In this document: one piece after another, positions 1 to 13,439 of the stretch
Layout: every line of letters begins with the position of its first letter
How positions within the stretch are numbered: position 1 is the stretch's first letter
Assembly: GCF_000143415.4 (NCBI RefSeq)
Contig: NW_003314393.1
Span: forward strand, 26,199-90,198
From: Selaginella moellendorffii
Lineage: Eukaryota > Plantae > Lycopodiophyta
Reading direction: 5' to 3'
DNA length: 64,000 nt
Notes under the pieces: generated by a model
Database searches by the model: none
The model's input: the letters and a program-made list of their open reading frames with translations, nothing else
Told to the model about the DNA's origin: nothing
Translations under genes and position numbers: made by a program

Positions 1-184
1 TTACTTGAGGGCACTATCATCCTCTTTTTTATTTCGTACCACCTTTGGCACTAAATTTCACTTATCCATAATTCATGCTAGGGCTATCCATGACTTTATC
101 ACTTGGTTACTTTGCCACTTTATCTCTCTAGGAGCGTTCACCTTTGCCAAATTAAAGCATTTAAGAATTCCATCCTTGTCTACT
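1..184 (-). mobile_element. Diverged fragment of the internal region of the LTR-retroelement family seen at 3712-10905
   Basis: Aligns by eye with ~5733-5895 (tacttgagggcactatcatcctc vs tactcgagggcaccatcatcctc; tttgccaaattaaagcattt vs ttcgccaaatcggagcattt), same orientation. Confidence 0.7.
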
Positions 185-901
185 ATAATGGACTATGGAC
201 ACGGATCCGTTGAAATGGGAGAGGTGGGTCATCTTTACCCTATGCTCTATTTCGTTAAAGTGGGATTTATTCAGTAAAATGGGACTAGGTACAAATTTTC
301 AAGTATTTGAAAATGACGTGAAATTATATGTTTTTTGTCCAGGGGCTAGACATATCTGGGGCATGGTGACTAGCGCGGTGACTTTGTGTCCAGACTGAGT
401 CCATCTGGTTGTATAATAAATCTCATTGTCAAGGTGAACAAGCCGAATCTGAAGCTAAAGAAGAGCGATGGCATGCGCGCACACACTATTTGTTTGTTCA
501 TTGAGCGTGTGGTGAGCTTTCCAAGATGAACGTCATTCCTATTAGCCAGACATATAACTTAATGGTGAGAACATTTAGATATTATTCAATGTTATCTTTT
601 TCTAACGAATCTAATTGTGAAGGTGTAGCAAGAGGCATTGCTAGTTTGGAGAAGTCATTTAACTCATTTGACCCTTAGTGTATTTTCATGAAACTAAATA
701 ACATTCATATTATTAAGGAATTTCTCTAGTACCTTTTTTTTACGACATAGAGGCTTGCATTTATTTCAAAGGTGATTTAGTAAAAGGCCTGAGGGCACAT
801 GCCATTCTATTTCTCAAACTGGTATTAAGATATACTAGTGCAAAGGGAAAAAGGTATTTGGTGATCAAGTAAATGGCATGAGGGCACACGCCATTATAAG
901 C

Positions 902-1261
902 CTAAGTGCTAGTGGACACCTCCTTTTTGGTACTCTCAGCGGTACTATCATCCTTCACCGGGTCAGTTGTTTTGCTTTGGATTGTTGTCTCTGACGTTAC
1001 TGGGGCGTTCTCGATAGTTGTTAATGTTGCCGTTTGTTCAGAAAAATGATCACCTGGAGTATAGTACGGGGAGTTTGGAAGACTTATATATTCTACATCT
1101 TCACATATCTCCTTCTCCGTCTCCTTTTCTGCCTCACTTACAGATTTTGTGCTTGCCATGAGAACGCTCTTCACCCTAAAATATGGAGTTCGTTGTGTTA
1201 TAAAAGGAAACCAACACACACTCTGCAAGGGAATGATGGTACATAAAGCACGTAAGCCCAC
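902..1261 (-). CDS. Small S/T/E-rich ORF or 3' exon inside the transposon (copy 1); function unknown
   Basis: 119-codon ORF open in all three copies (also 28183-28542, 50101-50460), with a possible acceptor TATTTTAG just upstream of MASTKSV. No recognisable domain. Confidence 0.3.
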   Translation of the reverse strand: MGLRALCTIIPLQSVCWFPFITQRTPYFRVKSVLMASTKSVSEAEKETEKEICEDVEYISLPNSPYYTPGDHFSEQTATLTTIENAPVTSETTIQSKTTDPVKDDSTAESTKKEVSTST

Positions 1262-3711
1262 AATATGGGTTTATGTGCCATTAATATGGGCCACACACCA
1301 TATTATTAGATTTATGCACGTGTGATTGGTAAATGCATATGTCACATCATCTTTGTTTTACCTCACACACTATATCAGGCCTAATGAACCATATCACATG
1401 TGCGCACATGCTATATATATGGAGAAGTATAGAAAAATTCAATGCATGATTGTGGAGAGCAATGGCATGAAGCCACATGCTAAATAACATTTTAGAGAAA
1501 GAATTAAAATAAAAACATGCAAACAGTACTAAGTGGACCAAGACTTAGAAGTGCACAATTGAATGAGGTATTTCTAATAAATACTTCACTCACCTCATAT
1601 AGGAATGGCTACCACTCTCAAATGGCGTATCGCCTCATGCCATCACCTCGCAATTTGTTATAACAATCCGATGAATTCATATTCGGCTTGTTCACCTTGA
1701 ACTTTAAGTAAGATTTACTAGAACAACTAAGAATTTATACTTGTTATTTGTATCATCTCACCTAGGAATGGCGTAAGGCCACATGCCATCACGCCTCCTC
1801 TGATTCAGATTCGGATTGTTCACCTTGAAATAAAATACATTAGAAACTTAGTAAAGGAATATTCATGAATCTCACCTTGAACCCGGGTTATGAATGCTCT
1901 TGCTGCATCTCTTGCATGGTCTGGCAAGGTGATGGTGGCACTCTGCTTCCGCATCCAACCATGCACAACATTATCCACCGATATGCTCATGCTGGGATCC
2001 ATTGGATTCAGCACCCATATCTTTTCTAGGCAATCCTTCGTATATCCGGAACTTGGCTTGAACCACTCCACAGTTACATTGAAGGAGTTAGTTTCCGCGT
2101 CCTCCTCTGCATCAGTGATGCAGCGCCCCACCCATATCATTTGTTTTTTATTACTGGGTCTGATAAGCACGACCATTCCTTTGCAGACCTGTACTGGATT
2201 GAATGCTGAATCCGGCTTCTTGTTCCTCGGCCCACAATAGTGATCCTCAACATCGTTATCTGTCACTGCATTTCCAGAGGACATTGTTCCGCTACTATCT
2301 AGTGCTCTGGGTTTTGGCCAAAAGGACTCTTCCAATTCTTCATATACAACCAGCCCATTTTGGATAGCAGATATAATCTTCTCCCAGTATTCGAGCAAAG
2401 GCTTGCACCTCTGAAAATAGGATTCTCCACCAAACACCAACCCCCTCTTCCAGAAGGCAATATGCTGTCTAATCCCGGCCACTATACTTTCCTGGTCTTT
2501 GAGTCCATCCGGGTGCATCGGCCGTGGGGAACCCTGAGGAATCATAGGTTCCCCAGTTATGGGATCTCTCTTGAAGAGTTCAATGCCGTCCACTGGCAGC
2601 CACACTGTGTCCCATTCTCTCATCTTGTACCTCATCACTGGAGCACCGTCACACATGCTGAAATGAAACTGAAGAGGCTTGGAGTGGCCAATCAGCGTTT
2701 CGGATCCGTCCCTGATGTAGCCTCTTACAAACCCCTTAAAGTCTGGAACCTCTGTCAGAAGTGCAGCTTCAACAGTGCCTTTGATGCAATTTTGGAATTC
2801 ATCGTAGAGTTGTGGGAGGGTGAGGACATTGGATCGCCGGAGGGACTCTGCCAGGTGACTGAACATAGCATCGACATCTTCATGAGTGTGCCCAACCATG
2901 AGAAAGCCAAGTGTAACCGTTTCAAATATGCCTTTGGCAACAAGCATCGCCAAGTACGCGAAGACGTACATGTTTTTGTTCTCACTGCCAGCATTGTCTG
3001 TTTGGAGCAGAAGATGGGGTGGAAGGCCACATCGGCCGCAAGAACTTCCTTGAGATTCTGCTTCGTTTGGATGAGGCTGTGCATTCACCGGGCGACCAGC
3101 CTCGTCGGAATGGCATGAGGCCTCACGTGATAACCCTACAATCTGACAGCCAACATATTCACTAGGATGGCATGGGGCCCCACGCGATACTGCAAGCCTT
3201 TGCTCCTCCTCCAGCTGAACCCTGTATGGGGTTCAATCGACAAGGGCCTTATGCAAGGGTTGGCCGTTCAACTCAGTCTGCGCACTTTGAAGAGACCTTA
3301 AGTGTTTTGCTAAGGACGCAATCATCATGTTTGCACCCCCGCCACCCCATAGAGGTACAAAGAAGTTCCCATAGTTCTGGGCACCATGCCCATGAGCGAT
3401 TATGCCAAACAGAGACACAGGCAGCTGCATGGATGAAGAGATTGCCTTGGGGGCAGGATTGAGTCGAGGTAAGCACGTCTTTTTCTGGTCCATTTTGTCA
3501 TGGATGATGCAGAGGTAAGAGTCAGGTCTCTCCATGGAGAGAATCCTGTTATGATAATATGCAGTCCTGCAGCTTCTTTGCTCGATGTTGTGGTCGAGCC
3601 ACCTTCTAACTAACGTCTCTCGCTCTTGAGCGCTACAAGAATTCTTCGACAAAGCTATTTTGATAGCAGTGCACTTGTCACACTTTGAAAAGCGTGGAGT
3701 ACTTTCCTATA

Positions 3712-4839
3712 TGTAAGCGACTAAATTTTCCATTCTACTTTAGTCACTTAACCACACCTCTGACCACTTGGAGGAGTCTCATTCACAACCTCCATAAGTC
3801 CAATCCAGGACTTGGGGCTTGCTAGCCCCGAGAATGGCATCCATGCCACTCAACATTTGCACTTGGTCCAAATGCTCCACGTGTCCGATCCCATGACCGA
3901 CACTCAAAGGTACCACCGACATAGCAGCCCGTTACGCTAAGGCCATGCCCAATCACCTTTTCCACACTGGTAGTCCAATACCACTTGCATCACCGTCTTG
4001 GCTCTCCAAGACTTAGGCAAACCATCCGTGAGTGGTCATCTCAGATCCACTCCTTAGCATCCTTAGGACGCCCACCGACAAGGGGAATAGCCTTCCCCAA
4101 TATCCCTCTGTCAGTCCCCACTAAGTCCCTTTCTGCCCCTGGCGGTGTTTGCCAACACTGCCATTGGATCGAGACCCACAGGCTCGACCACTAAGTCCCA
4201 CGGTCCTCTGGGACTTCCTCACCACACGACTATGTCCTTGGTCACTACCCCAGAGGACTGCTCCTCTTCCTTTCCACAGTCTGGGCCTTTGGGACAACAT
4301 TTCGGAACACCGTGGCCTTACGCAAGCCACCTGGGTACTCTCCTCGCCTTTCGCCTTTAGGTGCTCTAGCCATGGGCTTAGAGCGAGGTTCCGTTGAGCC
4401 ACGACAGGTATCCAAGTAGGTAGTGCCACCCACACTTGGACTGGGAGCATCGGCCAGTCGATCTCCCGGGGGAACTAGAGCCGGCTCTTGAACACTTCAC
4501 CAAGCTACCCCGCTTGTCGGTCCGTGTTCACTCTAGTCTTGGACTTCCCAGTGGGCAGCTCATCACCCAACACTGGGTCCGGCCTTCCTGGGCCAAAGTG
4601 GCCTTTCCTGGCCAAACTGGCTCCACTGCAGTCCTCCCCCTACTATACTTTTGGAGCTCACCAAACCCCCCAGGGTCTGGGAGACGAACGCTTTGGGCTT
4701 TCACCCTCTCAGGCTCCGGACTCGGACTCGGACTCGGACTCGGACTCGGACTCGGACTCGGACTCGGACTCGGACTCGGACTCGGGCTCGGGCTCGGTCT
4801 CAGCCTCGGCCTCGGTCTCGGTCTCGGTCTCGGTCCCGA

Positions 4840-4877
<38 letters not shown>

Positions 4878-5263
4878 CCGGTCTCGGTCTCGGTCTCGGT
4901 CCCGGTCTCGGTCTCGACTTCGGACTCCATCTCGGACTCCATCTTGGACTCCATCTCGGACTCCATCTTGGACTCCATCTCGGACTCCATCTCGGACTCC
5001 GTCTCGGACTCCAACTCGAGTCCATCTCGGACACTCCCACGTGTCATGTGTTGGTCCTTTTGGGTCCCTTTTTGGAGCCTTGCCTTTTGCTCGCTTCGTG
5101 CTCGTTCCTCAAGCACTTCGTTGGGAGTTCCACTCCCGCTCTTGACTTTTCAAGTCGGAGCTTTTGGTCCAAACGTGTTACGCTCGTTTGGCTCTCGCTT
5201 CGGCCACTACCATGTGGCGCCCTTCCGGCTCCACTTTGGGGCCTAGGGATTTTGTGTCTCACA
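3712..5263 (-). repeat. 3' LTR (1552 bp)
   Basis: TGTAAGCGAC...GTGTCTCACA, matching 9366-10905. The PPT-like tract GGGTGGTGGAGT (minus strand, ~5264-5275) abuts it. Confidence 0.92.
4716..5032. repeat. Compound hexamer/12-mer tandem repeat inside the LTR: (GGACTC)n-(GGTCTC)n-(ATCTCGGACTCC)n; also 10370-10674 and ~21400-21868
   Basis: Directly visible. It generates the spurious GLGL/SDSD/RTRT/ESES ORFs. Confidence 0.95.
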
Positions 5264-8200
5264 ACTCCACCACCCATAGACGAAGTTCGATGTCCTCATC
5301 GAACGGTAAACCATTTTATAAAGTAACACCCGCACGTGTTACCATTTACATCCTTGGCACCTAGCCAATATTTGTCAAGGGTTTGACATTGAAGGCTCAC
5401 CATGCCTTTTGCATATTCTTTAATGGTTTGACACCAAAGGCTCACCATGCCTTGCCTATCCTCTAAGGAGGGTAGTCTCTCCAACTTAGAGACTGATTGG
5501 ACCACATGTAGTGGTTCTCTCCTTTTAGTGGTTTAGTTCCCGCTAAACCTCTTAGAGACCCTTCTCTAAGTCAATCCCACTACTCCTTCTTGAGTAGTCT
5601 CGATTTCCATCGATATAACCTTTGCACTTTGGAACTTTGAATTTTGACTTCTTGGAGTCAATTTCCTAGGTGTCTCCGACACCTTGCCTTGCACCTTTTT
5701 GTGCAACTCCACTTCCCATCCTAGGAAGTTCTCTACTCGAGGGCACCATCATCCTCTCTTCTATTTTGTGCCAAAGTTCCAGTTATCATACTTTGTGCTA
5801 AGGCTGTTCATGGCCCTATCATTTGGCTACCTTACCGCTCTCTTCTTTGGAGCTTCCACTTTCGCCAAATCGGAGCATTTCGGAATCCTTCCTTGGAAAC
5901 ACACTTCCTTTCCCGCAACTTGTTAGCGTCCAACACATTAGTGTTCCTCGCCTAACTTTGTCACTTGGATTCCTTCCAAGGGATTCCACGGCCCTATCTT
6001 GGCCACTCATCTTTTGCTCCTATCCGTTGATTGTTGCACCAAGCAACATCGAATCTCTACCTCCCTTCTTGAGGTATTGTTTCGGTTCCATAGCAAAGAC
6101 TCTTCTTTGCCAAGTCCGGAGGATGTTCACCCCTAGTATGTCTCTTTAGCATCTTCTGCTATGGGCTCTATCCACGGCCCAACTTCGTGACCCTCCCATG
6201 GGTCTTTTATAGAGACTACTTTCCTCGGACTCACTATGCCATCGCACGGACATAGTTTATTTCCCTTAGGTGCTCTTCCCACTTGGTCATCACGACCAAG
6301 TCACACCACCTTAAATAGTTCAATTTCAACATTTTGAACCAGGAACTTCATTCCTTAGCCAACCAAGGACCTTGTCCTTATCTGGCCATAAGATCACCTA
6401 GTGATCTCACCTTGGCACCTTAACAGAGCTGCCAAGAGGTACTTGGTCTTCTAGACCTCCAAGTTGTTGACTATAACCCCGGGGGCATCCCCCACACTTG
6501 GCGGTGCACCCAAGCCAGCCCTTACGGCCAAGGGTTCATAGCAACTGAGATTAGGTGTCCCCATCTCACTCACCACGACCTTGGTGCCACTTGCACCAAA
6601 GCGTTCAAGTTAGATATGCTGAGCTTTCACACTAAGCAATCTAACCGTGCATCACGACTCCGAGGCATCCCTCGCTTGGCGGTGTGCCCAAACCAGTCTC
6701 CACACTGAGAGTCCATGACCACCGAAATATGAGTGTCCTCATATTCCAAACCATCACCACGCCCTAGTGATTTGGGACTCGAACCCAAGCACTAGAGGGT
6801 CGGGACTCGAACCCAACCTCCGTATATGCATCTACGGACGGCATCACACAAGATGCCTGGCGTGACTCCCCACGCCGGTGCACCAACTTATTTTTAAAGC
6901 GCGCTACAGATCACAGTTTAAGAACCTAGTTCCTCCACACTGCCAAGTCCTCTCACTTGACATGTCTGTGATCATGCATGGACTCCTCCATGCTCGGCCC
7001 CATGGCCCACCCTTTTTGAAGTTATCACCTTCAACTAGGGTATTTGTTCCCCCGACGTGCCAATCTCGCTTGGCAAGTCCTCCGACCACTGTAACATGGT
7101 TCCTGCATAAGCGTGAAAGTCCTTGACCATCGACTTTCGTTCAAAGCCCTCTCTTTGAACACTCGGGAACTACTTCCCTAACCTTGATAGCCTTGCCTCA
7201 TGGCAAGCTTCAAGACCACGCTTCTGCTGCGCCACTCTGATTTCGCGCGTTCCATGAACCATTTACACTTGGCCTTTCTAGGTACTAAGCTACCTAGAAT
7301 CGTCTTTGGGAACTTTGAAGGAACTCTGTCCCTCAGCTTGCTAAGGCCTCCCTTTTTGCAAGCCTTCCAAATGCCACATAGTCTAACATGGACAATTCCA
7401 TATTTTAGACTCTCCATGGCATCACGATTGCTAGCGGCAACACCCTCGAGCCCCCCACTTGATTCTCCACTCCCAGCTGGCATAACCAACCTTGGTTATC
7501 CCCTTTGATTCCTACGGTTTGGTTCTATCCCCTTACTTCTTGCTTTTTGGCTTCACACCTTTCCTTTGGTCATTCTCCTCCAGACCAGGAGGATAGCTTT
7601 GCACTTTCTATCATGCTTTAGCAAGTATTCTTAGGGATGAACCTACCCAATAGCCTAGGGAGGGCTTCCTCAATCCGGGTATGCTCACCTTATAATCCCA
7701 CACACTGGGATTACATTGTTGCTTATGGGCCTTTGCATGCCCATCACTAGCCTTGCCAAAATTCCATTTTTGGCTTTGTCCAACTCGGGTAGACAGTCCT
7801 CTTCTGTCTCCGTAACCTTGGACATTTGGATAGCACCTTCTATCCATCATTCGCTAGGGACTTAGTCCTTTGGGCTTTATCCATTGCCCTCGCGACATCA
7901 AACACCACCTTCTGGTGTTCTAGAGTGTTTGGGTGTCCCAATGATGGTTTTTTTTTGACAATGAGTATTTCCTTTTATGACATTGACTTACTATATCGCA
8001 ACACAGGCAACTTATCCCCCGTAAGGGTGTATCCGACTTCCCTATGCTATTAAGAAGTCTTGGGTAGCTACCTTCTACCTGTTCAACCAGTTATTTTGCA
8101 CCTCTTGCTTAGTTGCCTCATAGTTGTCAAGTCCTACAACTCATTGTTTGGTGCTTTCACACCTCCATCATTATCTGGGTCACCACACTCCAACTACATG

Positions 8201-9345
8201 CTCTGCAGCTTAGGCTATGCCATTCCCATTTCCATTGGGATTCCTTTGGCAAGGGGTTCTCATGAACCCACCAACATAGCCTCAAGGTATCACACCTTGG
8301 CACATTTGTTGTCTCCACACCATCGGCTCCACGAGCCTACCTCTATGACACTTCCCCTTCGTGTTTATGTCTTTGCCAAGACCAACACCGCTCTTTCTCA
8401 TGCCAACCATCCGTTAGCACTGCACCATAGAGGTCACACACAACTTTGCGTCAAAGTTGTTTTCTTTTTGGGAACACCTTTCCCACGACTTTAGCATGGC
8501 ACATTTTGCCATCGATGAGATACCCTCTGTTCTCATCCTTGGATCCTATGATCCCCCCCCATCCTTTGTGGGGTACAACACACCACAGTCCAAATGCTTC
8601 CATCAGTCCTTTTAGGACCATCCGTTGACTCTACTTGAGTCATCTAGCAGTTTTGGACTTGGTTAATCCACAGACCCGTAAGGTCCTACTTGTGAGGCAC
8701 TAGCTCACTGGAATACACTTCTTGCATTCCTGTCCTACTCAAAAGGACTATTTTCACAAGTGTTACTCCGACACTTGATTTTGTTCTCTGGGGGCAACTT
8801 TTGCCCCTTAGGACTACTTGTCCATGCGATGAGAATACCACTCATCTCTAAGTACACCCCCCAACTCCTTGGGTTGTTCTAGCATTTATTAAGGGTAGCC
8901 CCGACTACCATTTCAAGGACTTGAGTCCTCTTCCGCATTTGACCTCCCACGGTCATTACTTCTGGTCTCACATTCATGAGCACCAACCTCAACTATATGA
9001 GGATAATCTTGTGACTCCTTTATTGCTTTGGAGTCTTTATCTTTCCCGTGATCCCAACTGTAGTTGTTTACCACAACTACATTAGCCAGTTTGCTAAGTC
9101 AAACGCTCCTCTGGATCACATCCTCAACTCTCTGAGGAAAACCATATACTGTTCCCAAGATCCCAAAGTCGTTCCATTATTGGCCCTTTTCTATCCACCA
9201 CCTCGTCTACAAGTTCATACATGAACTGTAATGGAGAGCCATGTCTTCCCGACTTGCTACTCCTCAAGGATAGGCCCACTCCTCGGACCTTTCGATGCCA
9301 ACACTAGTGGTGATATACTTGAGCACCAATAAAAGTCGGACTAAG

Positions 9346-9362
9346 GAACAGCTCCGATACCA
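9346..9362 (-). promoter_or_regulatory. Primer-binding site (initiator tRNA-Met type)
   Basis: Minus strand reads TGGTATCGGAGC 3 nt inside the 5' LTR; the canonical plant PBS is TGGTATCAGAGC. Confidence 0.85.
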
Positions 9363-9365
9363 AAT

Positions 9366-10511
9366 TGTAAGCGACTAAATTTTCCATTCTACTTTAGTCA
9401 CTTAACCACACCTCTGACCACTTGGAGGAGTCTCATTCACAACCTCCATAAGTCCAATCCAGGACTTGGGGCTTGCTAGCCCCGAGAATGGCATCCATGC
9501 CACTCAACATTTGCACTTGGTCCAAATGCTCCACGTGTCCGATCCCATGACCGACACTCAAAGGTACCACCGACATAGCAGCCCGTTACGCTAAGGCCAT
9601 GCCCAATCACCTTTGCCACACTGGTAGTCCAATACCACTTGCATCACCGTCTTGGCTCTCCAAGACTTAGGCAAACCATCCGTGAGTGGTCATCTCAGAT
9701 CCACTCCTTAGCATCCTTAGGACGCCCACCGACAAGGGGAATAGCCTTCCCCAATATCCCTCTGTCAGTCCCCACTAAGTCCCTTTCTGCCCCTGGCGGT
9801 GTTTGCCAACACTGCCATTGGATCGAGACCCACAGGCTCGACCACTAAGTCCCACGGTCCTCTGGGACTTCCTCACCACACGACTGTGTCCTTGGTCACT
9901 ACCCCAGAGGACTGCTCCTCTTCCTTTCCACAGTCTGGGCCTTTGGGACAACATTTCGGAACACCGTGGCCTTACGCAAGCCACCTGGGTACTCTCCTCG
10001 CCTTTCGCCTTTAGGTGCTCTAGCCATGGGCTTAGAGCGAGGTTCCGTTGAGCCACGACAGGTATCCAAGTAGGTAGTGCCACCCACACTTGGACTGGGA
10101 GCATCGGCCAGTCGATCTCCCGGGGGAACTAGAGCCGGCTCTTGAACACTTCACCAAGCTACCCCGCTTGTCGGTCCGTGTTCACTCTAGTCTTGGACTT
10201 CCCAGTGGGCAGCTCATCACCCAACACTGGGTCCGGCCTTCCTGGGCCAAACTGGCCTTTCCTGGCCAAACTGGCTCCACTGCAGTCCTCCCCCTACTAT
10301 ACTTTTGGAGCTCACCAAACCCCCCAGGGTCTGGGAGACGAACGCTTTGGGCTTTCACCCTCTCAGGCTCCGGACTCGGACTCGGACTCGGACTCGGACT
10401 CGGACTCGGACTCGGACTCGGACTCGGACTCGGACTCGGGCTCGGGCTCGGTCTCAGCCTCGGCCTCGGTCTCGGTCTCGGTCTCGGTCCCGATCTCGGT
10501 CTCGGTCCCGA

Positions 10512-10543
<32 letters not shown>

Positions 10544-10905
10544 CCGGTCTCGGTCTCGACTTCGGACTCCATCTCGGACTCCATCTTGGACTCCATCTCG
10601 GACTCCATCTTGGACTCCATCTCGGACTCCATCTCGGACTCCGTCTCGGACTCCAACTCGAGTCCATCTCGGACACTCCCACGTGTCATGTGTTGGTCCT
10701 TTTGGGTCCCTTTTTGGAGCCTTGCCTTTTGCTCGCTTCGTGCTCGTTCCTCAAGCACTTCGTTGGGAGTTCCACTCCCGCTCTTGACTTTTCAAGTCGG
10801 AGCTTTTGGTCCAAACGTGTTACGCTCGTTTGGCTCTCGCTTCGGCCACTACCATGTGGCGCCCTTCCGGCTCCACTTTGGGGCCTAGGGATTTTGTGTC
10901 TCACA
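9366..10905 (-). repeat. 5' LTR (1540 bp)
   Basis: Copy of 3712-5263. I found three substitutions plus a 12-bp net difference in the microsatellite tract. Confidence 0.92.
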
Positions 10906-13413
10906 CTATACTCACATCCTTGAACTTGTTGCTCCACAATCTACTAAATCTAGATTGGCTCAGCTTCCTGTAGCCATTACTCTGGAGTTCCCGATTCACA
11001 TCTTCCAATATGGCCCCCTTGGTATACATGGAAGGGAGAACTCGTTGGGTGTCTCGTGTTCCATCTTCCAAGAGGCGGGTTTTATGTGGTTGCTGCTTGT
11101 TACATGTCTCGACAAACCTCTTGAAGATTGCGTCTCCATATACAACATGACCCCTGGTTTTGTGCGTACCGTCGTTCCCATGGACTGCCTGTTGAACCCT
11201 TTGTTCCTCGAACTCAGTTTTGATTCTGTAGAATGTGGTTCGAGGGACTCCATAAATGATTCTCCATGCCTTCATGCAGACCAAACCCCTCTGGAAGACC
11301 ATGCCCCCCACCTGATGTTCTGAAGCATCAACAGATGACCGTAATGCCTCATACACAAAATTGCGAGCTGCCTTCCAGGACAATGTCTTGTATCTTGCTC
11401 TCTCCTCTTCAATAGCATCCCAATCAGCATGTTGACAGCACCTCCTCTTGCAACAAGCAACTGTCGAGACCATTCGAACCTCCATCGCCATTTTCTGCCT
11501 TTTCGGTTCGTTGCTCAGATCCCTTTGGCTGCGCTTTAGGAAGGTGTACTTTCTTTTCCCATGAAGAGATGTTCTGTCATCAGTTGTAGTGGTGTTTGAT
11601 TGTGAATCCTTCACATTCTCAAACACTAAGTGCCTCAATTTCCACCGCATAATGCTTCCAATAGTCAGATTGTTTTCTTCTGTGTCAACAACCTCTAAAA
11701 TCGCAACTCCAATATCATCCCAGCCCAATTCTTGATTAGCAACCGCATCTCTTGGATCGACAACTGTGGCTAAGCCCTCAGCTACCACCTCCCCCTCGGG
11801 GTTGTTTAGAAACACTTTCGCCTGAATCCATGTAGCACGGTTTTTAAGATCCACGGAGGGAACATGCGTCGCACTTGCGCTGTCCCCAACATCTATTTTC
11901 TTCTGAAGATTTTTCAAGGCAACAATTACATTTACCCCGACGACCATCTCTCCTCGTTCAATAACGACCACATTCCCATCGAAGACAGTCTCTACTGATA
12001 CAGCAGCATTGCCTTCCCCAAGCCTTTGACAGTGTATAACAAAGTTCCGATCCATAGACACAAGGGTCCCTTTTGTAACTCTCTTCCCACCATTCAAAAT
12101 GTAAACCTTTTCCCCAACCCTGAAGGCCATTCTGAAAGTGCAGAAAAGAAGTTAAGACCATACAAAAAATGATTGGAGAATGGCCTAAATCATAACATAC
12201 CAAACAACCTCAATAGCATGAGGCCACATGCCATTATTCAAACATGCTATTGACACCCACGTGAAATTTCGCATTCACAAAATTGGCATGAGGCCTCATG
12301 CCATCTTGATATACACACAGCTGCAGGCAAGTAAAAACATACATGACAATACGCTAGCCATGAAATTGCAAGGGCCCAAGATGGCATGTGGCCTCATGCC
12401 ATTTCTAAATGTGGTCCTAAGCCATTCCATGGTGAACATACCAAGAAGCACAAGTGCCGAATATCAAGAGGAAGCAGTAGCCACACCAAAGACAGTGCCA
12501 CTCTCAACACCGCAACTACTCGTAGCGCCGCTCGCAACACCGCAACTGCTCGTAGCGTCGCTCGCACAAACTGCCACTCGCATAAACTGCCGCTCGCAAT
12601 GGCGCTCGCAATGCCGCAACCGCTCGTAGACGCATAAACCACAGCCCACAACGCCGCTTACACAAGCAGCGCTCACTGCGCTCAGCGGAACCAAGAACAC
12701 GGCGCACAAAAATGATAGACCTAGGAATGAGTTCGAGAATTCAAAAATAACACACACTTGAACGTCACATCAAATCCTCTGACAAACCAGATTTTATGAT
12801 TCCTCTGACAAATTTCAAATTGAGTAGCTTTTAGACTTTGCTATCGGAGGTTGAACTTTGTCATATCATGTCCTTGCCTCGATCCAGCTATGCCATGTCA
12901 GTGATTCAAACTTTGCCATGCCATGTCAGCGATCCGCGCCAAGATTATTCGCCGTGTAAAGGAATAATTATGCTCTGTGTGTATGAATATAAGGCCACAC
13001 GCCATTCAAAGAATAATGCTAGTCGAGCATTTTTTGGTGCATTTTTGGGTTCAAAATTGCATGAGCCCACACGCTATAAAGTTTACTTGTACCAAAAATA
13101 GAAATAGCTTTATTTACTTGGGAATTTAAGTGGTTGAGGCATTTTTAAACTTACAAACACATGCCCTACTTACATTCTTTTGGTTGCTTAAAATTCAAAA
13201 ATATTATAAACCTTTCTTTTTGCATTTTCAATGTTTTCAATTATGGTTTTTGATTTTCGCAGGACCAGCCTAGTAATCTATTTGCATCCCGTCATGTTTA
13301 TAGCTAGCTTTCGTTTGTCCCCTTCGCTAGCCTGAGATACATCTGCTCGGCATCTGCCTCTTATAGCATTTGCCCAGAAAGGGCATCTTTCTTCACGCAG
13401 CATTTGCCACATG

Positions 13414-13439
13414 TTTAGGGTTTAGGGTTTAGGGTTTAG
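13414..13439 (+). repeat. Interstitial plant telomeric repeat / telo-box (TTTAGGG)x3.7 inside the transposon; shorter versions at ~33129, ~33993, ~55960
   Basis: TTTAGGGTTTAGGGTTTAGGGTTTAG between the two divergent genes. Confidence 0.85.

Larger units (their letters stand above)
3712..10905 (-). mobile_element. Full-length non-autonomous LTR retroelement (LARD-like, probably Ty3/Gypsy-derived), very recent insertion
   Basis: TG...CA ends and 5-bp TSD CTATA (3707-3711, 10906-10910). Two near-identical ~1.55-kb LTRs. tRNA-iMet-type PBS and a purine tract on the minus strand. The 4.1-kb internal region has no long ORF. Confidence 0.93.
1789..12130 (-). pseudogene. Sola-type transposase, copy 1, disrupted
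   Basis: ORFs 10901-12130, 3233-3652 and 1820-3088 are collinear pieces of the 51560-54628 protein. Broken by the LTR element at 3712-10905, a 1-bp insertion near 3694 and a stop at ~3233. Confidence 0.92.

Noticed and set aside
4436-5326. Long GLGL/SDSD/RTRT/ESES ORFs (also 10090-10923, 21033-22155)
   Set aside because: Stop-free frames on both strands produced by the LTR hexamer microsatellite; not genes.
13414-13439. Chromosome end or healed break
   Set aside because: Only 2-4 units, at the same internal position in all copies of the transposon.
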